Part shown: positions 14,540 to 27,315 of the stretch, in pieces
How the letters are laid out: every line of letters begins with the position of its first letter
Numbering within the stretch: the first letter of the stretch is position 1
Source: Camelus dromedarius
Taxonomy: Eukaryota
DNA length: 64,000 nt
NCBI RefSeq assembly: GCF_036321535.1
Contig: NC_087447.1
Span: 36,830,001-36,894,000 of the forward strand
Direction: 5' to 3'
The notes under the pieces: model-generated
Seen by the model: the letters and a program-made list of their open reading frames with translations, nothing else
The model's database searches: none
What the model was told of the DNA's origin: nothing
Program-made: the position numbers and the translations under genes

Positions 14540-14826
14540 AAATTCCATTAAGGTCTTATTCCATGAAACCTTCACTGATTATCACCATCCTGTCTCCTAC
14601 CCCAGCCAAAGTCATCTTTTTCTCTTCTGAGCTTACACAGCCCCTTGTGGTTTTCTTTATAGTATTTACTACTTGCTCTGTATTTTAGCTATTTGTGCAT
14701 GTATTCTCCCTCCTACAAGATCATAATATCTTTGAAGACAGAGATCAGATTCATTTTTATATTCCCAACAGGCACAGCTTGGTGCCTTGTCCATGGTGGA
14801 TGTTCAGTGAATATTATTGAGTTGAA
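14540..14826 (+). mobile_element. L2 LINE 3' end
   Basis: ...ttgaagacagagatc...cacagcttggtgccttgtccatggtggatgttcagtgaatattattgagttgaa resembles the L2 terminus. Confidence 0.7.
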
Positions 14827-17105
14827 CAGCTGAAATCTGAAATCATCTTAATGGAAAAAGAAAACAATCAAAAGGATTCTTTTTTTCTTCTTTTGTATGC
14901 TCATCACTTAATGAAGCAAATATTTCAAAAACATATCTGATACAAATTGTACTAAAATATTTAGCTCTTGATTCCATGAATTAAATAGAATGATGGAAAT
15001 TTAGGAGTTGGTTTGTTGAATTCTCCAGGCATTAATCTTCTAACTGAGGTTAAAGCTATCCAATTTAGAGATACAGTAGTTGATGAACTGTCTTTTCAAT
15101 TTTTGCTTGATTAAAGTTGGTAATCTTGATAAAATAAGCAGTATACCTTTTACAAATGAAAACAAATTTTTCTTAGTGACCTGTTTAAAAAATCATCTTT
15201 GTGACCAGTTTGGAGACTCTGATATTAATTAAAATGCTTGGAAGTGCAAATAGGACTATGAATGCATTAGTACTACAAAGTTTTATTGGCCCTCATTTTA
15301 TCCTTAGATTAGTGACTAATTTGTATTTATTTAAAATAATAATATTGACTACTTATTGTATGCTAAGGACTTTCATAAATCCTTGACAAATATTACCTCC
15401 TTATATTCTAGGTGTTTAGTCATTTAGAATTCTTTATTTAGCATTATTCAACTTTATTACAGTTTTTGGAAGTCAGTAATGCTATGGTTCCTTGGAGAAA
15501 CTTAAGAAAGAAATAGTGAGAGCTATGGTTTTTTACAGCCTAAATTTACTGTCTAGTCTCCTTTTTAAGCTTTATAACTTCTATAATTCTTGTTTATATT
15601 CTGTTAAAACCAGAAATTTTGAGAGTGGTATATTTAATTCAATCCTTTAAACATTGATTAAGTGCCTTCGTACTGAGTTGGAAATACCAAGATGGAAAAG
15701 ATAATGTCTCTCCCTTTAAGAAGCTCGTGGATTAGAATGAGACACATCTATCTGAACAATAATCATGTTAAATAAATTGTTGGATTTTTTTTCACTTGAT
15801 AATATCCTTTAATTACCTTTGTTAACTGATCATAGCCTAAGTATTTTAGCTTATCAACATCCAGGGTATATTTCTTAAATTGATGGTGGTATTTGCTGTT
15901 TGCAAGTTATCACACCAAGTAGAACAGTGGCACTTACTGGAACTCCTGAGAAAATACATTGAAAATTATTCCTCCAAAAGGAGATTTTTAAAGAACGCTT
16001 TTACTATTTGTTATTTTAGTTATCAATTATAGGAAAAACCACATTTAGCAATAAAGGGAAAAAAAAGGAGCCGTCAATTTCTCAGCCTTCACTGAATATC
16101 TTCTCTGTGTAACGCGTCTGAAAGCTAGGTGTGTGAAGGCAATATAGGAAATACAAGACATACTGTTTTCTCTCAAAGAACTCTTAAAGGAGCCAAGGAA
16201 ACAAAATGTCTATGTATTTTAAAATGTGAGAGCAATTGCAGAGCATCTTGCCAGCAAGTACAGAAACACTGATTATAACCTGAACAACTAAATGCTGCAG
16301 GTTCACCGCCTATCATTTTGGGAAGTAAAAAGTTATAAACGAAGTAAGAGACTACTTTACAAACTTTTTACTTGCCTTCAATTGAACATAGTAATATACT
16401 GAACTTTTCAGCAAGGTATAGTTAATATGTTATTTGAGAATTTCTAAAGGTTCAACTCTTTTTTGTCTTGCAATCAATCATTTCAGAAATGGAAGGCCTT
16501 AAACAGTATTAGCTGGTTCTGTGTTTGAGTCACAAGCATACCTATCAATGCCTAAACTTTTCACAGAGAACACAATACATGCCACATGATGAACTGTAGT
16601 TCACAGGAGTCCCAGAGGACGAGTCTGCAGGTTATCTTGCTGAGACTAACATTGTCTTTGGGTTAGTCTTAGAAGCCAAATCCATGTGGTGTCATGGCTC
16701 TGGGAGAATGGTTTAATCTATAACTCTATAACATAGGAGAACTTTACTCAAGATTTATTGGCAAGATTTCTTTTTCACTTTGAGGGAGAGACACATTTCA
16801 TACCAAGGCTTGATCTGGAAATTCTGTGTAGAAAGAGGATTTTTTTTTTCCTCTCTCAAGATTTTATTTTCCCTGAGATGTTGGCTAAGAAAGCCTGGTT
16901 TTAGACCTTTCTTTGGTGGATGATACCTAACCTTCTGAAAGATTAGAATTATATGTTCTGTCACTAGTTGTAATGTTTGTACTATGTTTGTTTTCTATCA
17001 TCTGATCCTCCTTTTGATTAAACCTTTCATTTTAAAAGATGTAATAAAAAAGCTATAGGAAATTGGACTGTTTTGGCTGGAAGGGACCTTGAGAATAACC
17101 TAGAT

Positions 17106-17595
17106 GACTGACTTGGAAATTTTTCTCAGACTAAAACAGTAAGAAATATATTTCACATCACTACCCAATATGCACGCATAGCTCAATACACATATGCATA
17201 TATAACAGAAAGAGAAATTTCTGTCTTACTACATGGGCTCTTTGTACGCAGTCTTTTCTTTTTTCTATTTATTTGTCTTTGCTTCCTCTTTTTTTCATCC
17301 TTTTTTTCTGATCCTCTTCTCTTCTACTCTTTTCACTCTATTTTTCTATTCTTTTTATTTTTTCTCTTGTCTTCATTTTCTATCTTTTCTCTCTCGACTC
17401 TCTTTACTCACTCTTTTCTCCCTTTCTCTCATTTCTTTCATCATCTTTCTCTACCTCTACAATACTCTTTCCTCTCTTTCTCCTCCTCTTTATTTTTATA
17501 TCTCTCTTTTTCTTTCCTTCCCTATTCTATTCTGTTTTTAAAATGCTAGCTCTGCCCTACTAATTGGTCATAGCCACAAAGTTTGGAAAACACTA
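17106..17595. mobile_element. MER119-like hAT-Charlie DNA transposon with an internal CT-rich expansion
   Basis: acagtaagaaatatatttcacatc...ctattctattctgtttttaaaatgctag...agtttggaaaacact. Flanked by 8-bp TSD-like acctagat (17098-17105) and acccagat (17596-17603). Confidence 0.7.
17252..17538. repeat. Polypyrimidine (CT-rich) low-complexity tract
   Basis: About 290 nt almost entirely C/T on the + strand. Confidence 0.9.
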
Positions 17596-18783
17596 ACCCA
17601 GATCAAACCATTTATTTTACACTCAAAGAAGCCCAGGCTGATAGAGATGGAGTTTTCAAAGATCATGTGTTACATCCTGGTTATTAACAGAGTTAGGTTT
17701 AGAATGTAGGACTTTAAAAGTCTCCAAAGAAACCAGAACACTCTGGGCTAGACATCTTATTAAACTTTTGAATCTAATTCTCCCTGTTTTGAGGGGTACA
17801 AGGTACAGCTAGTTGAAATTACAAGCAGGGATAGCTAGGTAAAATTTTAGAAACTCATACAGCTTTCTAGTCTGACAACGTTGCTGTCGTTATGAACTTA
17901 AAGTTATGATTTTTCCAAGCAAGGATCAATCATTATAGTTATGTGTAGTTTGAAGGACTTTAAGGCTCCACTTATATAATTGCATAGAATCCTTTCGTTA
18001 AATTTAGGACATGAAAGAAACAGAAGACTCTATTAATTTACTTTCATCCTTCCAGAAAGGGGTATGAGAGTAAAGACCATGAGCAATCAGAGTCTGATAA
18101 GACTAGTGTACATTTAGCCTCCTGCCAGGGATTAGTATGTTTGAAAGTGAGTATCAGAGGTTGTGCTAAGGACATAGCCAAGTGAGAACAACAAAAGTCT
18201 AAAATTCATTTTTCAAGTACCACCAAGTGCCAGCCAGGTCTTATGGCATATCAAAGGACAGAAAGAAAGCAGACTGACAAACAGTAACATGAGTGTTATA
18301 TGGTAGAGATTTTATTTGGCTATCAGAATGAGCAGTATTTACTGATGACAGAACAACTTTCACCTTGGGGTGAGTTTTGTGGTGCCAATAAATTTGCCTA
18401 ACATTTTCTTTTGCCTTTGTCTTGCTTGTCTCTTCAGAATCTCACTCTATTTGTGCCTTTTTCCGCATCTACTTTGGATATGTGTTTTTGTTGTTGTTTG
18501 TTTTTATAATTTAGTTTCTATTGTTTTCCTTTTTCATTTCTAGTAAGGTACACCAAATTTTCAACCATAGAATTTTTATGGCAAATAATGCAAATAAATC
18601 TGATACAATATTTGGGTTATACTACCAGCTAGCAGCTACTGAAATAATTGTTTTATATTTAAGATTTTTAATAATATATATATATTAAAATATAAAGATT
18701 CATAAAAAAGTACTTATCGAATGACAAGTAGTGTAATTCTCACAAAATCTGAAACCAAGGCGAAAAGAAAGGAGTTGGTGTAT

Positions 18784-18969
18784 CAGTGGTGTGCTGGAGC
18801 AAACTCACATTGGTGCCCAAGAGCCAGTTGTGTCCATCTTTCCCCAGATCCTTCTTTAGTGACATTATGTTGGTAGCTTGAAATCAACCATGGTGTGAGT
18901 ACACTGTGGAAGTTGGCAAACACTCTAAATCACTTTCTGTTTCCCCTTTGGTTTACCGGCATACAACTG
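18784..18969 (+). mobile_element. MER63A-like hAT DNA transposon (MITE)
   Basis: Terminal inverted repeats cagtggtgtgctgg ... ccggcatacaactg; internal gttggtagcttgaaatcaaccatggtg. Confidence 0.85.
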
Positions 18970-19515
18970 GGTGTGAAAAAGGCAAAAATATTAAACAGGA
19001 AAGCAATAAAATCTTTGAATTGTTAATTCTTGAGTTAAAGGTACTGGATATTATTTAATTAATCTATATCATTGGTTTTTGTATCAAGAATTTAAAATCT
19101 TTTTTGTAGTTTTGCTGAGAATTTGGAGTTAATTGAAGAACTAAAAAGGGAGCTCATCTCCCAAGATTCTTTACTAATTTAGAAATATTTTAAAGTAATT
19201 TACAGCTAGAAATAATTAGCCTCCGGGGCTCACTGTGCTGCTTTTGTAGACTTCAGGAAAGAAGAAAAATTTAGAAGTTTGAACAGAATCTAGCTTGAGA
19301 AAATGAAATATTCTACAATTTATTTTTCTCCTCAGTTTATAATCTCATTCTGACAGTGTTCCCATGTTTTTTGATAGATTTGCAAACTACTCTATTTTAA
19401 TATAAAAGATTCTCCTTATTATTTACCTTTAGGTTAAAATAACCACATACCTTCTTTTTTAAGTAATTTTGCACACTTAGTATAATGCCACAAGCGGGTA
19501 TATAAGAGAAGTCAT

Positions 19516-19923
19516 TATGGTAGACACGGAGATGTACTCACTATTCAGACCATCTTCTGGGGAGTGCTTGCGCCCAGCCACATGAGTCCAGGAAACAGCC
19601 TCCATCTGTCAGCTCCTTCAGCTCTGCCTCAGCTGCAGAGAGCTGCTTAGCCCCAGGTCATTTCCTTCCCAGGGCTCTCCTATTTGAGTGAAGGATAGGG
19701 GATGTGAAGGTTGGGGCTTTTAGGCCTGAAGCTAGGCGCTCACTCCAAAGCTTCCTGCTGAGTTGGATGGGATTTTGTTCAGCCAGTATCATAGTTCAGC
19801 TGCCTCCTCTGCACAATCTTGTCTCTTCCTCTTCCCATTTACAGGTAGTATGATTTCCTAGTAAATATCCTGTACTCTAAACCTTGTCACAGCGTCTGCT
19901 TTTAGAGAGCCCAACCTGCAGCA
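19516..19923 (+). mobile_element. Solo LTR, LTR16 family (LTR16B-like, ERVL)
   Basis: acagcctccatctgtcagctccttcagctctgcctcagctgcagagagc...agtaaatatcctgtactctaaac...gtctgctt...cccaacctgcagca. Confidence 0.82.
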
Positions 19924-21429
19924 CCTGTATGTATTCATTAGTATCATGCTAAGGCAGTTTTATCAGATCTTGCTAAAACCATGGAATCCTGCACTTTTGG
20001 TATGTTAGCTCCCTTTCATCATTTTCCCTCATGACTTTGTCTATGGCCTAAAGCTGCTTCAGTGGTTTTGCTCCATATTTCAGTACCTGATCCACAAATT
20101 CTGCCACTTACAAACATTTGGTAATGAAGTTTCACCAATCCCAAGGTTCTATTGCATGAAGTAGATTTTCATAGGTAGAAACAGGCCTATAAAAAGTCTG
20201 ATTGCTCTCTAAGCCAATAAAAGCTGATAAAAGGGAGATTATTTTATTAGTAAATATATATGTTACAAACTTTGTTACATTTTAGGTTTAATCCAAAGTT
20301 CCATTTAGTCAAAAATTTAAAAGAGTCCAAATTTGTATGCATAGTTATCAAGTTACTGAAATCCATAGGTATATATTTTATATTACTCAGATTACTGCAT
20401 AAAGTTCTTTTTCCCTTATTTGTTCTATCAGTTCACAAGGTCACATCACCTAATATTTCTCTACCAAATTCCCTTCTAATACTGTAAGACCAAATAAAAA
20501 AATCAGAAGGAAGAAAGCAAATTTTTTTTTCAGTGAACACCAATTCCTTCACATAACTGTTTCGGATAGTTGTATGAAAATGTTGAGAAAGAAAGACAAG
20601 TGGAAAATATAACAAATATGAGAAACAATAACATTTATCCTAAAGTCTTGAATCTTTAATGAGCATAACTTTAGCATTCATACTAGAAATGATTTTGTCA
20701 GAATTAGAAATGATAGGATACTAGGATTTGGTCACAGCTCAGGACTATCAGGAATTTTGGATAAGAAATTTGTATTATATAGTTTGGGCTAACATAAGTA
20801 GCACTAATAAATTGATCTGATGAAAGCCTTCTTTTAGAGGTATAGACTTCTATAGCATCCTTGGTAGATCGACTCTGGCATAAAGTGAGCTTCTGGGGAC
20901 TATATGCATTATCTTTCTCCCGTGAGTGATACAGTGATACACTTCATGCTTTGTGCTTTTTTTTTTTTTTAAGTGCAAAATATAAAATGGCCTGATGTCA
21001 AATGATGCTAGGCATTTTCCCTACTGAGGATCATGACTTACCATGCATTCTGTCACACCAGTAGTTTTCTCTGATTTAAGTGAATCCATAGAAACTGATC
21101 CCAGAATATTTAATTCCTCCTCTTTCTTTGTTATCCTTCCCACCTGTCCCTCTTACCTTTACTTTTATTTTCTTATTATCTTATGATAAGAGCATAAGGA
21201 GGACAGTGGGAGAAAAGTTTGGGAAGACATTGAATGAATTGAGTGGGCATGAAAGTATAGGTTCCCATCACAGGAATAGTTGTAAATTAAAAAAAAAAAG
21301 AGAAAGAAAAAGTTGCAAATTGGAATATGCTTACCTAACCTTGTTCGAGTTGTTTGTAATAAAAATATATTAATTTGAAGCTAAGGGAAAAGGACTTTAA
21401 AGAAAAGAAGTGGCAAGTATTCAAAAACA

Positions 21430-21660
21430 TAGTTTCAAAGTCTGTCTCTGCTATCTATTTGGCATGTGATCTTAGACAAATCATTTAACCTTTTGAACCT
21501 TTTTTCTAAGCAGATGATCACTCACACACAAACACACACACACACACATACACACACATGTACACACACAGTTGTATCTTCAGCCTCATGAGACTATTGT
21601 GAGAATTGGCCGAGTTAATGTATAGTGAAGTACTCTGACAAATATAAATTGCTAAAGGGC
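21430..21660 (+). mobile_element. MIR SINE containing an imperfect (CA)n repeat at about 21519-21570
   Basis: tgtgatcttagacaaatcatttaacc ... cctcatgagactattgtgagaatt. Confidence 0.7.
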
Positions 21661-22344
21661 ATAGTGTTAAAAATAATGATGAATAAGTTTATATGGAGCA
21701 AAATAATTTTATATCAATACTCACATCCTATTCACCAAGATCTTTTTCTGAGATATCTGCAAGAACCCCCAGGAAAGCAATAAGCAGGCAAGAAACATTC
21801 TTTTATCACTCCTAGAAGTCCTGTCCACAATTTCTCCATTTTGCTTGGGTATCCTCTTTCCACGCACATAGATGCACACATATGTCATCACTTTTCTTGC
21901 CAAAATTATAAAGAAATAGCAAATTACTCATATTGTTGTTTATACATAAATTATTGTTGAAATAAATATAAATTACGACACAGGAGATGGGGGAAATGAA
22001 ATAACTGCCCATGAGATTTACTTATTTGTTTGTTCTTTCTTTGATACATTTGATGTCAAAGAAAGGCACAGTGTCTAACAAGTTTAATTCGGGACCACAC
22101 AGAGCAAGTCAACACCTGAGGTTTATACTCTATGAAAGTCATAAAAACATGATACACATACCAAGGGGTATGGTGGGTTTTGGTGATGCTGGCTTTAAGA
22201 AAGGGGAGAGATTAGAAATAACTACATGGGGATTTGAGTAGACCTGGTGGTACAGTGTCTAGTTGCATTGAAAGCATCCAAGTAAGAAGATATATATATA
22301 TGAATTCAGGAAAGCGATTTATTAATTCAATAATTTTTGAGTTG

Positions 22345-23140
22345 AATGAATTTAATACATTTTATTTATTAAATTTCTACTACTCTTTGGACACGATCTT
22401 AGGACCAAGAATACAAAGAAGGATGACATATTACTTACCTTTGGGAGTTCACAATCTAGTAAATGACAGTAATATAGTATACTAAATATTATAATAGACG
22501 CATTTACTAACTGCTACAGGGGTGCAGAGAAGAGGGATATAATTTGAAAACCTCAAGAGAGGTTTGCTCAAAGAAGTGACGTGTGAATTGGTTCTGAATT
22601 TTTAAGTAGAAGTAGGAATGAACCAGGATGGGAGGTTTCCAGAGGGAGAGGAGTCTGTACAAAGGTTCACAGGGATGAAGAACATTGCATGTCGGGAAAC
22701 TGCAAATAAGTTAGTTTCTCAGTTTATAAGGCTGGTAGTGCACAAGTGCAGGAGTGGCAGGATGAATTTAGATTGTAAGTATGCACCAGATCTTGAAGGA
22801 CTCTGTATAACCAATTAAGAGAAATCATTTAAAGAATTTAAGAAAAGAAATGAAGTGATGTTTACATTTCACAAAGATCACTCTGACAGCAGCAGTGTGG
22901 AGAACATTTTTGAGGAGGCTGAAAGTAGAGTCAAAGAAAACATTTAAGTTGCTAGTGAAGTAATCCAAAGAAGGAAGTAATCTGAGCTATGGCTGTAGCA
23001 GGGAGAATAGAGATGAGGAGATGGATTTGAGTGGTGCTGAGGAAATAAAATCTATAGGGTTAGTGATTGGATGTAGGAGGAAGAAATTTAAATGAATCAA
23101 TTTTTCTGTAGTGACTGATAGAGTTGACAGCTCTATTCAA
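22345..23140 (-). mobile_element. L2 LINE fragment
   Basis: Starts with an antisense L2 tail (tttattaaatttctactac...ggagttcacaatctagt), followed by purine-rich L2 body (aaagatcactctgacagcagcagtgtggaga). Confidence 0.75.
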
Positions 23141-23149
23141 TAGGATGGG

Positions 23150-23900
23150 TACTTATTTAATTCCACAAATATTTATTGGGTGCATACTATGTAATAAGCA
23201 CTGTTTCAAGCATTGATAATACAGCAATGAACAAAACTGACAAAGTTTGGGGTAATAGAGACTGTAAACAAATAAATAAGTGGTAAATTCTATGCAGAAA
23301 AATAGGTTAAGTAAGAGTATAGCATGGTGGGTATTGCTAATTTATAGAAGTTAGTCAGAAATCCTCCTTGAGGATATGTTTAGAATAAATTGAAGGAATA
23401 AGTCATGGATATTTGGGTAAAAAGTATTCCAGAAAGAAGGAACAGAATCACAAATGATGTGAAACAGGCGTGGGTTTGGCATGTTTTAGGGGATACCAAA
23501 TATGCCAGTAGAGATGGAGTGAACAAAGCAAGGGGAAAAGTGTTGTGTGGTGAGGTCAGAGGGGAATCTTGAGGATAGTCATATAAATACAGGGTAATGA
23601 TCAGTTTTGAAAGGATGGATGAGATGAAGGCTTCCACTTTCAACATTCTGAATTATCCAGGTCAGTATGCCCACTAGATGTTGGACATGTAGGTTTAAAA
23701 TTTGGGAAAAGGGTCTGAGTTAGAAATCTATATTTAGGAATCATTACCAATAGGTAACAATGAGTTTGGATGGAAATATAGAGATTGTGAGGAGGGTAGG
23801 AACTGGGAGCTTTGGTAACTCTAACGTTTAAAGGGTGGAGTGATAGAGCAATGGGAACACATGATGGGGACTGAGAAGGAGAGGCAGTGGTAAAGGGACC
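23150..23900 (-). mobile_element. Second L2 LINE fragment (L2a/b-like)
   Basis: ttccacaaatatttattgggtgcatactatgtaataagcactgtt...acagcaatgaacaaaac. Confidence 0.8.
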
Positions 23901-24004
23901 AACTGACTGACCCATATCAGTTCAGCTCTGGAAGATTCAATCATGAAATATTTATTGAACATCTACTATAAGCATACCACTGTGAACGTAAATGCAGTAA
24001 GACT

Positions 24005-24140
24005 CAGAATGACAGGGTGGTAGGACTCCAAGAAATCATCTATTTAAGCCTACTCATTTTGTGTTTGAGGTAACTGTGACCAGAGGGCAAGGTGACATAC
24101 TGTAGTTCACACAGTTCATTAGGACTGCAATCTGAGTTTT
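24005..24140 (-). mobile_element. MIR fragment
   Basis: ctcattttgtgtttgaggtaactgtgaccagagggcaaggtgacatac...ttcacacag. Confidence 0.6.
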
Positions 24141-24162
24141 TGTATCTTTCCTCTTTCTGCCC

Positions 24163-24517
24163 TATCCTAGTCCATCTGGGCTAATATAACAAAAATACTA
24201 CAGACTGGATGGCTTAAACAGTAGACATTTCTTTCTCACAGTTTTGGAGGCTGGGAAGTCTAAGATCAGGGCACCGGCAGAGTCAGTGTCTGGTGAGGGC
24301 CTGCTTCCTGGTACATGCCGTGTCCTTACATGTCAGAAGAGGTGAGGGAGCTCTCTGGGGTGCCTTTAAAAGGAGAGTAACCCCATTCATGACAGCTCCA
24401 CTTTCATGGTCTGATCACCTCCTAAAGACCCCACCTCCAGGTACTGTCACATTGGGCATTAGGATTTGACACATGAATTTAGGGGAGGCAGGGGGACAAA
24501 ACATTCAGTCTGTATCA
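24163..24517 (-). mobile_element. MLT1A-family MaLR solo LTR
   Basis: ...acagactggatggcttaaacagtagacatttctttctcacagttttggaggctgggaagtctaagatcagg...acattcagtctgtatca. 5-bp TSD-like tgccc/tgctc. Confidence 0.92.
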
Positions 24518-24914
24518 TGCTCCAATACATTTGAGCTTAGAGAAGTAAAAAACACACAATTATTGAAAGAATTATAAAGAACTTTTTGGAGCTTTGGTCT
24601 TAAAAGCTGGGTAGGAATTGGATATTTGTGGAGAAGGGAAGTGTGATATGAGAGTGAATATTAAAGCGAAGAAATGAGAATGAACTTGGTGTCTTTAGTA
24701 TACAAAAAGATGTCACTCTCTTCTGTGGTGGAGGAATTTTTAGTAAGGAATGAGGGAGGTAAGTTTGGAAATTTTGGCCAGAATAAAAACTGTGCACTTG
24801 ATGGAACAGGAAAGCAATAAGGCAGAGGTAGTTCATCTTTAATAAAAGCATGCTGTGGAAGAGGAAGGTAGGTATTATAGACTGCCAATAAATGTATGTT
24901 CACGTAGAAGCTAA

Positions 24915-25365
24915 TGTTTAATAAATGGTCACTGAGTATTAGGCACTGTGGTAAATGCCTTATATGCATTATGTTCCTTGATTAATACAATAATTCCCTG
25001 TTTACCATGGAAAATGAAGGTTTAAGAGAGGTCAAGCAACTCAGCCAAGGTATAAGTGGCCAGGCCAGGATTCTAACCTAATTAACAGTAACAGCAAATA
25101 CTTATATAGTGTTTACTATATGTTGTTACTATTCTAAGGCTCTAGATACATTAACCTCTTGTACCTTAAAAATAATCCTATGAGGTAGATGATATTATCC
25201 CCATTTATAAGTGAGAAAATTGAGGCAGAGAGAGGTTAAGTAATCTGCCCGTGGTCATACATTTAATAAGAGTTGGGATTTAAACTTAGTCTGGCTCTAG
25301 AATCTGTGTGCTTAACCACCATGTGCTACTACCTCTCTGTGTGAATCAAGAGCCCTAGCTCTACA
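24915..25365 (-). mobile_element. Nested MIRs: near-full-length MIR (about 25084-25337) inside an older MIR
   Basis: Inner copy: ...cccatttataagtgagaaaattgaggcagagagaggttaagtaatctgccc...cttaaccaccatgtgctactacctct. The outer copy breaks after ggattctaaccta and resumes at tgtgtgaatcaagagccc. Confidence 0.8.
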
Positions 25366-27270
25366 TCTCTTAGAGCAGAATTTTTGTTTGAGACCTGTAC
25401 ACTCATTTGTCAAATTGGGAATTGGACACAGAAATGATTTAGCCTAGGAAATAATTTCAAAGGGAAAAAATTTAAAAAAATTTTTTTTGGACAATCCAAC
25501 TCATACCCCATGGTTACAGAGGGTAATTCAAGGACCACCTATAGAAAAGAAGGAGCAATAGTCTCAAAATGGGAAATTTACCAGGCTCACCTGTAAATGA
25601 GGAATGCATGAATAAGAACTAAAATATGTGAGGCCCAAACTGGCCCACTACAAATATTTGAGTACTCCCTGAAAGACTGGTTGCCCAGGAAATACCTAGT
25701 TATTCAAAGTGCAGGTTTATCAAGGTAGATAGATAACTTGTGTGCTAGTCTGCAGCTACAGGTGCAAAATTATACGTGGGAAAATGGAGACAAGAAAATT
25801 TGATGTGTATAAACTAGAATTCTCTTGTTTTGTCTTCATGTAAAGCTACTTTGCATATTTTTCATGGGCAAATATTAAGTGGCTTTAAAAAATCAATTAA
25901 ACTATGGTTGAGTGATTCAGAAGACCATTGTATTTAATTTAATCAGAGTTAGGTGATTAGAAAAGGTCTGATTAAGGGAAGAGAAGTCACTTAAAAGGCA
26001 AAATGGGGACAGCAGGGAGAAGCATCAATAGTTCATTTCTGTAAGTTCCATACAATTTAAAGCAAAGCTCTCTAGGATGGTGAAAGGATACTGCAGAAGG
26101 ATATGCAGCATAAAGGAGGAATTACACAAAAGATCGGACAGTTCTTTGTAATTTAGTGCAGCACGTTAATTGAGGGGAATGTTCTTATTCAGTTGTGATG
26201 TTTGTTAGCAAATGCTTTTTCCTTTTTTTTTCCATTTATATGTTTCAATTGTGCTTCTTATTTTAATTTTCTTCATGTAATATCTACAAATTCCACCTAG
26301 GATCTTGACTACAGCATAGTTCTTTGATAATATTAAGATTTGTGATGTAGGTTCACCATTGGACTCAGGCTATCTTTGCTATGAATTGCATTTGTCCAAC
26401 ATCAAAATATAGAAAACAGATAACAAAGCTTTTGGTAGTGTTCAGCCACAATAATGAAGACGGGAAAGTGATCTGAGCCAAGAGGAATAAATTACAGTCT
26501 TACTTCACTTTGACATTCCTTTTCAGTGTTAAGTAACGTTATCCAAAGCTTTGGGTACAGTACCATACTTTGTTATCAGAAAAATAAAACTTAGACTAAT
26601 GCTTGGTTTAGGATTAATTAGAGAGATCATGTGACGCTCTGCAGAGAAATAAGCTGAACTCTACTATATTTCACTTTGGGATTTTGCATTTTGTCTTTTA
26701 AAAATATATAGATTTTACTTGGCATCTTGTCAGCAGTGTGCAAGTCAGAAAACTTATTTACATCTTGTTAACACTGAGTTTGAGGTCCCATATCTGCCTT
26801 ATTAGCTTCTTCAGTTCTGTGGGCATTTTGGCAGAAGTGGCAACTGGCAGATTTGAGCACGTTTGGGCAGGAGACCAGAGAGCTGTGGTCACCACTGCTG
26901 ACTACCCTCAGAGACGATGAAATAGGCAGAGTTCTGACGGGCCTCGTAGGTCGCAGTCTCACAAGTATTCAGTTGCTCGTATTGTGTTTAGTGGCCAGTG
27001 GGATGGCTTTGTGTTCTCTCATCTTTGGGGTGACTGGGTAAAATATTTTATTTGTCTAACCAGTCCTATCAGAGATAGTTGACTCTTTTGTGCACAGGGT
27101 TACAAAAACTTGCTCTGTTTCCCTTTTTCCTCTTTGTAGGGTAACATATTGCCAAACAAATTTGGACAACTATCAGTTCATAACATCTTTCCCTTTCCTG
27201 AGACTAAGACTTTCTTTTCCTTGAAAAGTAACTAATATAACAACCCTGATAGCTTTGTTTCAGGATGAGT

Positions 27271-27273
<3 letters not shown>

Positions 27274-27313
<40 letters not shown>
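27274..27313. repeat. (GT)20 microsatellite
   Basis: Perfect dinucleotide run. Confidence 0.98.

Positions 27314-27315
<2 letters not shown>

Larger units (their letters stand above)
17060..17715 (-). mobile_element. MIR SINE split by a DNA transposon
   Basis: ggctggaagggaccttgagaataacctag, resuming at about 17596 with ...accatttattttacactcaaagaagcccagg...aagatcat...agagttaggtttagaa. Confidence 0.65.
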
